Shown piece by piece: positions 47,001 to 61,339 of a stretch of DNA of 64,000 nt; the stretch's first letter is position 1, and each line of letters begins with the position of its first letter. Position numbers and translations under genes: made by a program. The DNA comes from Takakia lepidozioides. Lineage: Eukaryota; Plantae; Bryophyta. Under the pieces are notes generated by a model that saw nothing but the letters and a program-made list of their open reading frames with translations, did no database searches and was not told where the DNA came from. The DNA lies in assembly GCA_030704615.1 (NCBI GenBank), contig CM060732.1, positions 4,340,001 through 4,404,000 of the forward strand, in the 5' to 3' direction.

Positions 47001-47259
47001 GTACAATCTAAGCTTCTCTGTCAGCTCCGTAGGGTTTGTGTTATTGTATGGCAGCGTCCAATTTGTATTCCTAGTCATTTTGTTGGTTGATAGATTGCTG
47101 TCACAGTACGCGTGTCACAGTACAAGCTGTAAGAAAGCAAGAGATACATAGTTATACAGTCAAATAGACAACTATCAGTTTCTGTGGAATCTCTTCCCAA
47201 TGGCAGGATGGGTTGGGAACAGCCAAGTCAGGAGGCGAATGCCTGTCAAATTACCACAT

Positions 47260-47730
47260 GTCCTTCTGAACACTGCCCCTGCCCTGGTGGACATGTATGC
47301 CAAATGTGGGTGCATCGAGGATGCCAAGGGAGTGTTCAACACTGTGGCTGAACGAGATGTGGTGTTGTGGAGTGCGATGCTTGCAGGGTATGCACAGCTG
47401 GGGTGCGGGATGGAGGCTCCAACCTTTGAGCAAATGATGGGGGAAGGGGTGAAGGCCGTTGACATAACATTTGTGTGCGTTTACAATGCGTCTGGCAGCC
47501 CTAGAAAAGGGCAAAGAGATCCCTGGTAACATCATCAAATCTGCAATTGTACCAGATGTCATCCTGAACATTGCTCTGGTGGCCATGTATGCTAAATGTG
47601 GGAGCGTTGAGGATGCTAAGGGAGTGTTCAACACTATGGCTGAACCAGATGTGGTGTCGTGGAATGCGATGCTTGCAGGGTGTACAGAGCAGGAGCGCGA
47701 GATGGGGCTTTGGACACCTGAAAGCAAATG
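47260..47730 (+). pseudogene. PLS-class pentatricopeptide repeat (PPR) gene fragment
   Basis: Two ALVxMYAKCGxxEDAKGVFN...DVVxWxAMLAG units with an intervening ITFVCV...LEKGKEI motif, frameshifted. Confidence 0.9.
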
Positions 47731-48629
47731 ATGGGGAAAGGGGTGAAGGTACATTCTTCAACATATTTCACCCTGTTTTCCCTGCTAGTGTTTGCTTTGA
47801 CAATTTTAGGCTGTCATTGTCAGCTGCTAGCAGCAAGGTGAGGATATATGCATGATTTTGTGCAGAGGCATGGATAGCTGAAGGAGTAGGGATTTTGTGT
47901 GGGTCCAAGAGGGTCAGATTTCAAGCACGTTCATGGCACTCGCAGTCCACCCATCGACGGCCGTGGTAGAAGACGTGGTGTTGGGGCCAGAATCTTTGTG
48001 GATGACATAGCACAGGAGGTCGAGACTGATTCTGATGACTGTGACACTTGATATGAAGTTTTCTTTTGCTTTTATTCGGGGCCAAATTTGAAATGGGATG
48101 GTTGTGTGTCATTGTTGTCCTATTTGCGTGGGATGCAAATTCATGGAAACAAACTATTGTTGGAGATGGGGGTTGCATGGACTGCCCGGATTGTTCCTTC
48201 AATCTATTTAGTGTTTTGTGGACCTCACAGGCTTGAGTGCATTGCAAAAACAAACAAACGACTTTGGATCGTGTAGAGCATTCTCGCATCATTTGCTCGT
48301 TGGTCTCCAAACCATTCCTGCTAGAAGAATGCTTGGTAAATCCATCACGGTGAAGTCCACGTGATCAAAGAGCGTTCAGGCATTCTCAAATCTAGTGAGC
48401 ATCCATGATGCTCCCGCACATACCTGGCATGTTCGCAAGGGTGGTGAGTAAGAAAAGATTTCGCAGGGATCCGCTTTGGATGATGTCAATGTGCACCTCC
48501 TCACGACGTACCCACATTCCAATGCAGGGGCTTGGTATGTTGATAACGTCTGGATGGATGCAATGGATAGAAAGGATGGATACAATGGATGTAACACATC
48601 CAGTCTGCATTCCCGGGAAATGGCTGATC

Positions 48630-48753
48630 AACCCGCGGTAATAGGTGACACCCGCGGAAATAGGCCCTGTATGCATGCTGACGTGGCGTGAGCCTGTGTT
48701 GGGCTCACGGTTTCCTAGGCTCACGCCTCCGGGCTCACGGAATAGCACCCCCC
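48630..48753 (+). mobile_element. Orphan terminus related to the MULE ends at 33610 and 56809
   Basis: The reverse complement reads GGGGTGCTATTCCGTGAGC...CGTGAGC...GCTCACGCCACGTCAGCATG...CCTATTTCCGCGG...CCTATTACCGCGG. This has the same motif order as the ends of copies 2 and 3 (CCTATAACCGTGG...CCTATGACCGTGG). Confidence 0.6.
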
Positions 48754-49699
48754 ATAACCGCACTATGCTACTGCAGGAAATAAACTGGATCCCATGACTC
48801 CTCACTCTAGAAGGTCTTGAGATCTCAACACTAATCACTCGGGTCCCTGATGACTACTCGATGCGGGCTCGTCCTCCTCCTCCGAGGTGTACTCAATAGG
48901 TCCACTCGGGGAACTCTCTACTAAGGAGGTCTCATGTACCACTCAAAGTGGCAAACAGGGAAAATATGCCAAAGGAACCCTCCGGCCAAAAGAGAAAGAT
49001 ACCGGCTTGGACGGATCCGGCGGGAGAGACCTACGAACTGCAGGAGGTAATGAAATGAAAGAACTCTCTGCTGGGTGGCCTCTAACTGTATCTAGCAATG
49101 ACAGGGAACCGGATGCAACCAACTCACGAATAAGAGATGTTGGTGTGGTCCCTCGGTGATAGTATCGCGGTGGTAAGAACGGCTGGCAGGAACTCCTCGG
49201 ATATGGGAGACGCTTGCTCTCGAATCCAGGTCCTCTCCTGGGCCGACTCCAATCAGCCAATCCACGAAGGCAGGGCGGTGACCGCAAATGGCACGTCCTA
49301 CGCACTCCCTCAATGGAGCTGATCGCCGAGCGGTCCTCTGCGCGTGTATAACAAGGTATCTGTGATAGTGCGGCACAACGCACAACAAGCCAAATAGGCC
49401 ACCTGCCATGCAAGATGGACCTCAAGGGCCGAGTCAAAATGAATATAAGCAAGAAAAGGTGGCTGACAACAACCCGACCAACGTGTGTTGAACCGGAAAA
49501 AAATGGAAATAGGAGCCATCTGGGCTCCAAGGCCTCGGGCTCCAACCCGGGCAGAAATCCAATACCTGCGATACTCCTTTGCAATGGTCAAGATGTCGTC
49601 GCTATCCCTCAATGCATACTACCCAGCTTTCTATCTCCACCTTTTATCTCGATCTGGTGTTTACAGGGCCTACACGGATCAGTTCTACTTGTGATCCCG

Positions 49700-52600
49700 C
49701 CTAGCTACCCTCATCTTGAACCGGAGACCTTTCCCTGGATATCTCTCCCGTCGAGGCTCCAACCATTGTCCCACTTTGCCATTTTTGCTATTTTTTGTGA
49801 ATTTCCAGCGACCAAAAGTACTTGGAATTCCACATCTCCATCACCGCTTATCCAAAAATCATGAGACCAAGCCGGTGCACCCCTCCTCATCGAGGGCTTT
49901 CCAACGGCACCAAGCACCCGCGCTGGGGCCCTGCGGTTTGGGAGATCTCAACGACGCTACAAAACAAAACAAAACAAAGGTCTCCCTTCATATATTGATA
50001 GGGTAGCCTGTGCCGTTGGCCCAAGTATCCAATGTCATCTAAGCCCAAGTGCAAGATCTCCTATGTCGAGGCCCAACTGCGACCTCTAGGGTAGCCTGTG
50101 CCGTTGGCTCAAGTGTCCAGGGTCATCTAAGCACATGTGCAATCTCCTATGTATCCAAGCGTGTCTCCTATGTCGAGGCCCAAGTCGACATATACGGTAG
50201 CTTGTGCTACGGGCCCATGTGTGAATAATTGAAATCTAAGACCAAGTGCAATTTCCTATGTATCCTAGAGTGTGTCTCCTATGTTGAGGCCCATCTAAGC
50301 CCAAGTGCAATCTTTTATGTATCCAAGTGCATCTCCCGTGTAGAGGCCCAAGTGTCCAGTGTCATTTAAGCCCAAGTGCAATCTCCTATGTATCGAATGA
50401 CATCTCCCATGTGCGTCTCCTATGTCGAGGCCCATCTAGGCCCAGTGTGCAATCTTTATGTATCCAAGTGCATCTCCCGTGTAGATGCCCAAGTGTCCAC
50501 TGTCATTTAAGACCAGTGCAATTTCTTATGTCTCCCAGTGCGTCTCTTATGTTGAGGCCCAAGTGCGACCTCTAGTGTAGCCTATTCCGTGGCCTATGTT
50601 TGAAAAATTGAAATCTAAGCCCAAGTGCAATCTTCTATTCATGTATCCAAGTGCATCTCCCATGTAGAGGCCCAAGTGTGACCTCCAGTGTCCACTACAA
50701 TCCCCAATGTATCCAAAGACCTACAGTTTGGGAGATCTCTATGTCATTGCCCACCTTGGTATTTTTGCAATCTCCCTTCTCGAGGCTTCATATGTTGATA
50801 TATCCACTTTGCTATTTTTTGCAAATTTCCAGCGACAAAAAGTATTTGAAATTCCAAATCTGCCACATGATGGGCCAATCAGTGCTCCAGGAAAACCCAC
50901 TTTGCTATTTTTTTCGAATTTCCAATGACCCAAAGCACTTGAAATTCCATATCTCCCACACCGCCAGTCCAAAAATCATGAGACCAAGCTGGTGCACCCC
51001 TCCTCATCGAGGGCTTTCCAACGGCACCAAGCACCGGGGCTTGGGCCCCGCGGTTTGGGAGATCTCAACGACGCTACAAACTAGGGTTTACAAACTAAGG
51101 CCTTTGTCGTATGCATGCAGCTTGAAAGGGGGAGTAATACCCGCAAGTTTGCATTAAGACCTTAGAGAGAAGTTCACGTGACACCAGCATGGCAAATTTA
51201 TGAGGTAGGCAACGCACCGTCCGGTGGAAGGGTGGCTGAAGGGGATTTAGGAGTGAATGATGGAGGAAGACGGACTTTTTGGTATGACGGAAAGTAGGAA
51301 GAGGGTGAGATGGAGAACGTGGAGGTGGTATGGAGGTGGTGTTGGTAGTAAAATGGAGTGAGATGTTGGTGTTATGCATGCTCGTGTAGACTGAAAGTGG
51401 AAGCATTGTAAATTAGGAGTCATGTTTTCTTTTCAGCGATGAGTGTTGCTCAAGAAGGAGAGTGGCATGTAGTCTGAAAACGAGTGCATGGAGGAGTCCT
51501 CTTTGTCGTGAACTTGTAAGAACTTCATACGGTAAGCACCAAGTATCATGCAGTCCAACCTGTTGGGGCAGATTTGACAGTGCAGCCGTGAGAACTGGGA
51601 TGTAACGATCAGATGAGGAAGGTGGAACGTGCGAATAAACGGATCAGATGAACCATCGAGTGCTGACTTCTTTTTCTTTAGATGAATTAAAAGAAAACAA
51701 ACAAACAACAAAAAGAGTGATTGTGAAAGCGTAGAGAGAAGGGAAAGAGAAATAGCTAGGGGACTGGATGATGTTTTCCTCTTCCGCTGCAGCAGCATCT
51801 ATTCCTTGAGCACTAATGAAGTGGGACATGTGACAACAAGAAGTGCAGGGAGCCCCTCTTTTTGTACCACAACATCTCCCATGTAGAGGCCCAAGTGGGA
51901 CTTCTAGTGTCCACTACAATCCCCAATGTATCCAAAGACCTAGAGTTTGGGAGATCTCTATATCATTGCCCACTTTGCTAGTTTTGCAATCTCCCTTGTC
52001 GAGGCTTCATATATTGATATATCCACTTTGCTATTTTTTGCAAATTTCCAGCGATCAAAAGGACTCGAAATTCCAAATCTGCCATTTGAAGGGCCAATCA
52101 CTGCTCCAAGAAAGCCCACTTTGCTATTTTTCCCGAATTTCCAGTGACCCAAAGCACTTGAAAATCGAAATCTCCCACACCGCCGGTCCAAAAATCATAA
52201 GACCAAGCCGGTGCACCCCTCCTCATCGAGGGCTTTCCAACGGCACCAAGCACCGGGGCTGGGGCCCCGCGGTTTGGGAGATCTCAACGATGCTACAAAA
52301 CAAAACAAAACAAAACAAACGTCTCGCTTCATATATTGACTAGGGTAGCCTGTGCCGTTGGCCCAAGTGTCCAATGTCATCTAAGTCCAAGTGCATCAAT
52401 ATATGAAGGAAGCCATATCCAATCATTTTTTTTCCACAAAGCCTACGACCAGATTTGAACCGGAGACCTTTCCCTTGATATCTCCAAGTGCTATCCCCTA
52501 TGTATCAAAGTGTCTCCTATGTTGAGTGTCATCTAAGTCCAAGTGCAATCCCCTATGTATCAAAGTGTCTCCTATGTTGAGGCCCAAATGCAACCTCCAG

Positions 52601-53670
52601 GGTAGCATGTGCCATTGGCCCAAGTGTCCAAGTCCAAGTGCATCATTATATGAAGCAAGCCATATCCATTCATTTTTTTTCCACAGAGCCTACTATCAGA
52701 TTTGAACCGGAGACCTTCCCCTTGATATCTCCAAGTGCTATCCCCTATATATCCAAGTGCGTCTCCTATGTCGAGGCTCAAATGCGACCTCTAGGGTAGC
52801 TTGTGCCGTTGGCCCAAATGCCCAGTGTCATCTAAGCCCAAGTGCAAGATCTCATATGTATCCTAGTGTGTCTCCTAAGTGAGGCCCAAGTGCGACCTCT
52901 AGGGTAGCCTGTGTTGTTGGCCCAAGTGTCCACTGTCGTCTAAGTAATCTAAGTCTAATGATTTAGCCATAATCATTTTTTTTTCCACATAGCCTATGAC
53001 CAGATTTGAACCGGAGACCTCTCCCTTGTTGTCTCTCCTGTCGAGGCTCCAACCATTGTCCCAGGAATGCCCACTTTGCCATTGTTGCTATTTTTTGTGA
53101 ATTTCCAACAACCAAAAGTACTTGGAATTCCACATCTCCCTCACCGCTTGTCCAAAAATCATGAGACCAAGCCGATGCATCCCTCCTCCTCGAGGGCTTT
53201 CCAACGGCACCAAGCACCGGGGCTGGGGCTCCACGGTTTGGGAGATCTCAACAACGCTACAAAACAAAACAAAACAAAACAAACGCCTCGCTTCATATAT
53301 TGACTAGGGTAGCCAATGCCATTGGTCCAAGTGTCCAATATCATCTATAAAGTCATCTAAGTCTAATCATTTTTAACAGAACCTACGACCTGATTTGAAC
53401 CGGAGACCTTTTCCTCTGATCATTGTCCCAGGAAAGCCCACATTGCTATTTTTCGGGAATTTTCAGCGACCAAAAGTACTTGAAATTCCATATCTCCCAC
53501 ACCGCAGGTCCAAAAATCATGAGACCAAGCCGGTGAACCCCTCCTCATCGAGGGCTTTCCAACGGTACCAAGCACCAGGGCTGGGGCCCCTCGGTTTGGG
53601 ACATCTCAACTCTACAAAACAAAACAAATGTCTCGAATCATATATTGATACTCATCTAGGGTAGCCTGTG
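49700..53670. repeat. Complex non-coding repeat cluster, five copies of a ~250-bp unit plus CCCAAGTG/CTCCTATGT sub-repeats
   Basis: CCAAAAATCATGAGACCAAGCCGGTGCACCCCTCCTCATCGAGGGCTTTCCAACGGCACCAAGCACC occurs at about 49850, 50970, 52190, 53150 and 53510. 50655-51080 duplicates 51873-52300. Confidence 0.9.
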
Positions 53671-53967
53671 CCGACTAGCTGCATGTATAAAAAGCAGAAG
53701 TAAAGCAACTATGAATCTTTCAAAACTGGGCATACATGAACATACTACCTATTATTTTGACAAAAAATCTCAAATATACAAGTGTCGAGCAATGGCTAAC
53801 TGTTGAATGTTTTAAGTTGTAGTCCAAATGTGGGGATGACTTGTCGCGCACCTCACTTCGGTAAACTCCCAAACTGTCATAGTTACTCGCTTAATTTGGT
53901 GCACACGCCTAACTCCTAAACAGGCCACCGGGCCAACTTGGACATAACGGTCTCCTCATTTGTTTTG

Positions 53968-53998
<31 letters not shown>

Positions 53999-54110
53999 TT
54001 TGTTTTTTTTTGGTATACCGTAAATATTGATATACATACATATTATGTGTATGACCTATTTATTGCCTTGGTGATTATGTATGCGAAATATATATGTATT
54101 GAAGAGGGAC

Positions 54111-54200
54111 AAAAAAAAAATACTTCGGCCATAGCCGACGTAATTAAAAGTCACTTCACGTTGCGGCTTTTGCCTTTTTTCGAAGGTGAGGAAAAAAACC
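54111..54200 (-). mobile_element. Isolated LINE/SINE 3' tail related to 15247-15318
   Basis: GTCACTTCACGTTGCGGCTTTTGCC resembles GCCACTTCGCCTTGCGGCTACTGCC and ends in oligo-T on the minus strand. Confidence 0.65.
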
Positions 54201-54919
54201 TTGGGGATGCTTGGAATGATGACTATTATAATAATGTTTGACGCCCATCATCAACTACTTTAAAGGAGGACACATCACGAACCTCACCCAGCTTATACAG
54301 CCACTGGCAACCGACTCTTAACCCCCTGCGAATTCACTCTTAAACACTCTAGAGCTACTGCCAAAACCTGCCGATATCTTAGCTATCTTTTGCACTCTAT
54401 TCTGCCACCCCTCAGCCTCATGCACTCTTGAATGCGACTCTTGAATCAGAACTCAGACATCAACAGACACATTTGGTGCTACATGTGTAGATACGTACTA
54501 CCATTGCAAATGGGTTGGCTTCCCTTCAAAAGACAACAAGCAAATCGAAGACAACCTCTTTGGGTCACATGACGACTGTGACCCTACCCACAACCTTGTC
54601 CTCCTCACTACATTCCACAAACGGACCAACACTAATTACCTTACACACATTCATCAACAACAGGTCTCCCAGACACAACTCATAGATGCCCGCCATATAC
54701 ACAACCTGTTAATTTCACCTCATATTTAAGTCAGCACCACATAATGTAACCCTGATAAAGATATTGCACATGAATTCTCAATATGTAAAGGTCCACATAT
54801 GTCTAATATCTTTGACCAGCAAATGCAAGCCGTCAAGGCCGAGTGGTGCCCTAACGCCTTCATTGTCAACGACGCAGATGCGGAAATCGCATTCCCTCTC
54901 TCCCTTCTCACGCCAAGCC

Positions 54920-55112
54920 TCATCAAAGAACTCATAAGAGGCAAACAACTCTGAACCGGCCCTAATCGTACCATATGCACATTTCATAACAAAATTTGAT
55001 ATCTCGGGTGCTAGCCTGACTCCTCGTCATGTTACTCATCCCACAGTACATTGATCATTTTAGGTTTACCAATCGAACTATTGATGAACCCTGCAACATT
55101 CCCGAACACATC
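54920..55112 (-). pseudogene. SET-domain-like gene copy 2, C-terminal part
   Basis: DVFGNVAGFINSSIGKPKMINVLWDE, then MKCAYGTIRAGSELFASY. Clearly homologous to 25810-25990. Confidence 0.75.
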
Positions 55113-55600
55113 CACTACTGCCAAAAAAAAAAGGGCGGGGGGGGGGGGGGTTAGCAATGCCAGTCCGCGCCCCGTCGGTGGGCTCGGCACTGAGCCTGCG
55201 ACGGCGGCACAATGGCACGACGTGCAACGCCGTCGCGACGCAATCCGCTGAGCCCGCCACCATTGCGACGCCTCGGCATCGCTATTGCGGCCGGAACAGC
55301 ATGGCGGGCTGGCGCGACGCCCGGACGTCACATGACGGCAGGGCGGGGGCGCGGCGGCCCTGGGCACGCCGGAAGCCGCGGTTGGCACAGTGTGGGAGGC
55401 TGGCTGCGATGCCCGGACGTCGCACGACGGCCGGGCGGGGGCAGGGCAGCCCCGGGCACGCTGGAATGTGCGACGCCCAGCCGTCGCAGAAGGGCTGGCC
55501 TTGGTTCTGCAACGCCCAAATACTATTGCGACGGATGGGGGTCGCAGAAAGGGGGCCGTCTACGTTGCTATGCAAAAGGTCAGTGAGAGGGCCTTCGCCG
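55113..55600. mobile_element. CACTA (En/Spm) terminus with GC-rich subterminal repeats
   Basis: CACTAC begins exactly where SET homology ends, followed by repeated GCGACG/CGTCGC motifs. The opposite TIR was not found. Confidence 0.6.
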
Positions 55601-56808
55601 CGCGAAAGTTTTTGGATGGGGCAGGGGGTGGGGCTACGAAAGAAAAAGGGGAGGGCCATGGGATTAGAGGGTTTAGGGTTGTTAGACTGCGGGGATTAAA
55701 GTGCCGACCGTGACAACATGCCGGAAGGCCGGGCCGGAAGGTGATCAGCCGGGGGCCAAAGTACTGGGAAGTGGATGGAAATAACAGGGAATTAAGAGCA
55801 TGGTAATCAGGGGGGGGAAAGCTAGGGTAGGGGTCAAGGCCATGAAAAGACAAGGGTCGACTAGAGTGGCTGTGCGGGAGGGCATAGATGTAGATCACCG
55901 GGGGAGGCCGAGTAGAGTTGGAGATGACACTTGAGAGAACAATAAAAGTTCATAAAGATTTTATATAACCTGATATATGACAATTTACAAAAAACTCGAT
56001 TTTAAGTGACTTTAAATCGAGTTTTTTAAATTGAATAAAAAATCACTATGAAAACAAATTTAAATGATTTTATTAAGTTTATTGTAGATGTTTAGTAAAT
56101 ATTGTTGTTCCCAGAGAATCCATACCCTGATCACATCCCTAATCTGAATTGAAATCCTAGTTTTCTACAGTTTCACGGGTAGCACGGGAGACCTCCTATC
56201 CTTCGCTGTTGCTACAGTTTTTTAATATTAGCCTACAAAAAAATGCCAAACATTGTCACTCCAGAAGTACATGAGTATTATGTCTGTTGTCCCAAGTTCG
56301 ACATCTCCACTGAGGCAAGGGAGATCTCCTGATCTATGATTAGAACATAGTAAGATAGAAAGACATCCCGTTGAGATAAGTCTCAAAATGTCCAAAGTAA
56401 TTTATTAGAACATCACCAAACCAAATTTGTATAGACATATTGAGGTCCCTCGCTATGGGCACTAATCAACCATTATCAGCCCATAGGACCCAAAACCATA
56501 GTCTCCGACGCAAACCAATCCTGAACATAGTCTCTATAGAAGCCAATCCATTTGAACAGTTGGGCTCCACTGCATGTGCCCTTCGACAAGAGCATCAATC
56601 TCTGTCTATCATCGTCCTCGAGTCTCAGACTGGTTCCCCAAGAGCGTCCTCTATAAAATAAGAACCACCTTGCAAATTCCCAGGTCACCCGCATGGCCGT
56701 TCTGATTATGTTATATTCATGTAAGTCAAAGCTCCACGCACAAAAAAACATGCGAATCAAGACGGACGGAAGGTTTCCCCTCGAAATCCTAGAGGAACCA
56801 GCCACTGT

Positions 56809-59800
56809 GAGCTCAACGACGCAATGGCATGAGCGTGCGAGCGTACGCTCACGCCAGCTGACGTGGCGTGAGCGTGATGTCAGCAGGCTGATATGACGAC
56901 AAATGCTGACGTGGCGCTGCGCCGTCATATGCCACGTCAGCATGAACATGCGCCGCCTATAACCGAGGATGGTCCTATGACCATGGGATTAATGTAGGGA
57001 ATCCTTGGCTGAATACAATCAAGACTACCATGAGGCCTACAATTGTAACATCCAACATTGTGCAAGTACAAATGTTTGATTCACTTTTACAATTACAAAG
57101 ACGAGAAAATATCCTCACAAAGTGTGCGCCATAGGGGCTGCCACGGGAAGACCTTGCTCCCTCCCCAAATAACAATGAGAGTTAGGATCATCTTCTAAAG
57201 ATGATTGCAGTGCATAGCGACATGAAAACATGTAGACTTCGAAAGGTGCAATGATGCATGTGCTTTTAAAAGTTGTCACTCAGAGCTCAGTCAGTATAGT
57301 TGGAAGCATAATGGAGGGATAGGGGACGCCATATCATTGCGCCGCCGACGATGTTGCAAACGAATTGATTTGAATTGAATTTCCATGACAATGTTGCAAA
57401 TTGCACATTTCATAGCATGGTCGTCCACATACCACATTGCATAGTTGATGCTACCTATGTGTTGTATCCCGTTGCAATAGAGTATCGAGCTCATTGAAAC
57501 TCAGAGTGGCCTGGTGAACGAAGTTGGCACATTTGGGATCGCAAACCATTCTCTTCAAAAATATGAAATATAAATGTTTGCAGGGTATGAATTTACCTCT
57601 CTTGCCCAAACTGGTTGATAACATATTCACAAAATTAGGACATGTGCAATTGGGGAAACCGGAAACCGTGATGTCGAAGGCCTTGTCATGAACAGCAGAT
57701 GTCGAAGTGATCATTGTGTACACCCGACCATATCCTGGATCGGGCACTTCCATGGTGCTTGCAACACGAGCTTGGAGCATTCTTGCGGACTCCACTTTGC
57801 CGAAGTGTTCAGCGGTTGGAGGGAAACGCCGACCAGCTTTCCATCTCGTTTGGTTGGCCACAAGTGAGGATTTGTCGGAGGGACCCGAGAGGACGCAGAA
57901 GTAGAAGCACATGCATGCAGTTGGGGTTGTCTCGCAAGGGAAAAGCCTGCCTCCTCCAGCATTGCAATCTCCTGACTTATGAGATGTGTACCCACCTTGA
58001 CGGGCCAAACGGATGGAGGAGCTGGCTTCATCACCATAGAAGGACGCACAGTTCCATGCACACATCTACCACAGTCGTCTGCACAGAACCAAAACTTGTG
58101 GTTCTTGGCTTCTGGTTGGCCGTATGGATGCATCAAACTCGTGAAAGTCGGAGCAGGAGTCCGGGCATCGCCTCTGGATATAGATGAAGTGCACTTTTCG
58201 AAATTAGTTTCCCCGATCGCTGTACATTTCACACGAGACCCTGCACTTGTGCGTTCTATGTGCCAAACGTGGTTGGGGCATGCGACTCCAGCACATCAAG
58301 GGGGCAGTTTCTCTCCTGCACCATTTCAGTGGCACTGTTTGATGCTGGAGCCTGTCATCATGTCGGAGGTTCCTCCAGAATGAAGATTCCGGACATGGAT
58401 CTTTCATGCAGAAGAACACGAGGCTTCGAGAAGTTATCACGGTCTGCCCTGTGCGAATCGGAATCCGAACCAGGTGGGGTGTTCAATTTCCTCTTACAGG
58501 AGCCGAATCTCTCCTCTCCTTCAAGATGTGGAACTCTAGAAACAAGTGGCGTTCCCTGGGCATACATGCTCACTGCCCGTGCTATCTTGTTTGGATCCCC
58601 AGATCTGCTTGCAACACGCAACATCAACTCCAGTTTGTCCGGACCCTTGCCACCAATCCCACCTCGCAAGAAATCACGGTATCTGGTTTGTTGTTGCAAG
58701 ACACGTATCAGATCATCTGTTGTTGCCACATACAAATCCCAACCTCGTTTCCCAGACTATTGCAACCATGCGTTGTGCACAATCTCTGTCAAATTGCAAG
58801 ATGGCATGTCCGCCATTTCCTCAATGGACATGTTCTGCAAAGTGGAGAACCACACTTCAAAACAATGCACAGGGAACAACATAAAGAAAGTAAGGAGAGC
58901 AAAATTTGGAAAGTAAATGTATGAATTAAGCAAGCAATAGAAGACTTGCACCATTGTCATGGCTGCTCCCCACTATCTGTACCGGAAGTGCCAAAACGCC
59001 AGCCAATCTTCCAATGCTCTCATACTCTCAAGCGATGCAGCTCCAGAAGAGAACCACCAGGCACGAATTGTCTGGAACAAAGTGTCCGCCTCCTTCATTG
59101 TTCGAGCATCTTTGTACTCTTTGCACAATTTACGGTGCTGTATCTGCATCTCTAGTTTGATGTCCGACTTTGTATGTTTCTCCAGAGATTGTGTCCAATG
59201 AAATAGACATGTACGCTCTCTTCCCGGCATTGGCACTTTTGGGTCGCCTGATCCGAAGACAATTCGAACAACATTGAAATTTGCCTAAGCACTATCTACC
59301 ATGAAACCAGCGAAATTTGGAGATGGCAGCCCATAACATGTATCAGGGAATTCCACATGAGCTTCTGGGATTCCGTATCCTCGGATTGCATGTCACAAAC
59401 TGCAATTGTCATAACTCGTTGGTACACTGGATCGTAGACATGACAAACCACTGTCGTCCAATCTTTCACTCGTTTCACATGATCAAACATAAGAAAACAA
59501 TTCTGCAGGTCCTCATTCTTCTGCATCCGCTTCACGAGGCTAACCCCACTGCCCTCCCCAGCAGTCAACATTTTGAAAAGAAATACTTTGATGACACCTT
59601 AACCTGGAAAAACATTGTCCTGGATGTAGTCGTACTTGCTCAGTCGTTTCAATTCCAAAATGTTGTCTATGTAGCCTCTGATCCCAGAGCCCATTCTCAA
59701 TGCATTGATCTGATGCCGAATATTAAGTGAACTCAAAGGGAGAAATGATCCATGACAATGTCCAATGCTGGACCGTCAAGTTTAGTCCCCACAGAATCCC

Positions 59801-60915
59801 CTTCACTCAAAATATGGCTTTCCAAGAAGGACTTGTTTGCGCCAAGAGCAATTGCAGATGTTGTTGCGGATGGGTTTATCTCGTACTCCTATTTAATCAA
59901 CCTCGATACTGTCTCAACACTCTCCCTGTAATCCCCCTTAGAGACAGGATGGTTATGGAAACCGAAATGCACACAAGCTCTTGTCATTGTTTTCAAACGG
60001 TGGACAACATAGTACATTCTTGCTCCACATAGCGCCAGGCAGGATGGTACAAGTTTGCAGAATTTGCAAACGAAAGTGGTTGCCGGTGGAGGAGCAGTCC
60101 CAGACTTAAATGGATTTTCTGCGAGACCCTCCCGCTCGCTTCGATTATGAACCCCAGACTGAAGAAAGTGTCTGCAATTCAAATTATCACACCTAAGGTG
60201 TCCATTGCAAACTGTTCTCTTGAAAACAAGCTTGTCATCATTTTGAATATTGGATGTTTTTGTTCTGCACCATGGGTGTCTGTCGTGTTTCTTGTCCATT
60301 CCGTGCATCATGCTTGTTATACCTCCAACTCGCGGAGGAGGAGGCAGCTATAGGATATCTCCATCAAAAGTCTCTAGCAGGAACTTCACAGGCACCTGCT
60401 TCAAAGATTCCCAATCAATTCCTCGCAACTCACTTTTGAAACCTGCCATTCCTCCCATCGCCCGTAGTTTTGGAATGACACTACAAATCTCTTCTTCATC
60501 CGCTTCCACAACTACAGTAGGAAGGATTAGAGTTGGAATTTCACTTATGTCATCATCGGACTAATCCGAAAGCTCAACGATTGGAGTGGAGGACGTCTGT
60601 TCTTTTTTCACCACCACCTCCCTCTTGTCTTCAACGATTGAAGCAGCAGTCCCGGACGTCACATATGATCCAAGGGACTTTCGCCGAGGCTCTCCAAGTA
60701 CTTTGTATCTACCAGGGCTCCACTGGCTAACATGAGCGGTCTCATCACAGTTTTGGAAAGAGTATTTCAACAACTTCATGTCCAAATCGTACACCTCTTT
60801 CTCCAAGAAGATGGAGCCATTCTGAAGCTCAAACCAGGTAGCCAAGACATGTTCCAGAACAATTGCGAATCCATTATCAAGGGCTTCCTTGGAGAACGAC
60901 ACTGGTTTCTCGTCA
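56809..60915 (-). mobile_element. MULE-like element copy 3 with degenerate GCM-DDE-SWIM transposase
   Basis: Colinear and highly similar to 33610-38390 (LMFDHV, TCLFHW, CNLTEIVH, CTCPNF...CKHL), with multiple frameshifts. Homology to copy 2 ends at ~60915. Confidence 0.9.
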
Positions 60916-61339
60916 GGGGTATTTGCAGGATTGGGTGTCTCAGTTTTTGTGTAACATGGCAGTTTCTGCAGTGACCTCCCTCTATGGTTTTACCCATATT
61001 TGTCGAACAACTCAATATTTCATATAAATTTATATGGTATAGGGTTTCTAACTACAATAGGTATGTGTACCAATTATTAGATTGCAAAAACAATCATGTA
61101 CCAGAGAGCCATGGACTTTTAAAGTTGATTACTGTAGAGTGCAGATGTCCCGGTTATCAGCGTCACGTCCGTCAGTCAGTGTCACGTCACGTCAGACCTG
61201 ACGCTGACAGGACCTCCGTCACGTCAGGTTCCGGGAATATTCTAGTAAAAAAAGTACCAGGTAAAATATTATCACTTAAGCAGCCACGTCGCCAACACGG
61301 TGACGGTGACGGTGACAAATACATTTTGGAAAATAATAA

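Noticed and set aside
55032-55713. GC-rich ORF cluster as a gene
   Set aside because: It is open in several frames because of GC-rich repeats. Only the SET-like tail below 55112 has protein homology.
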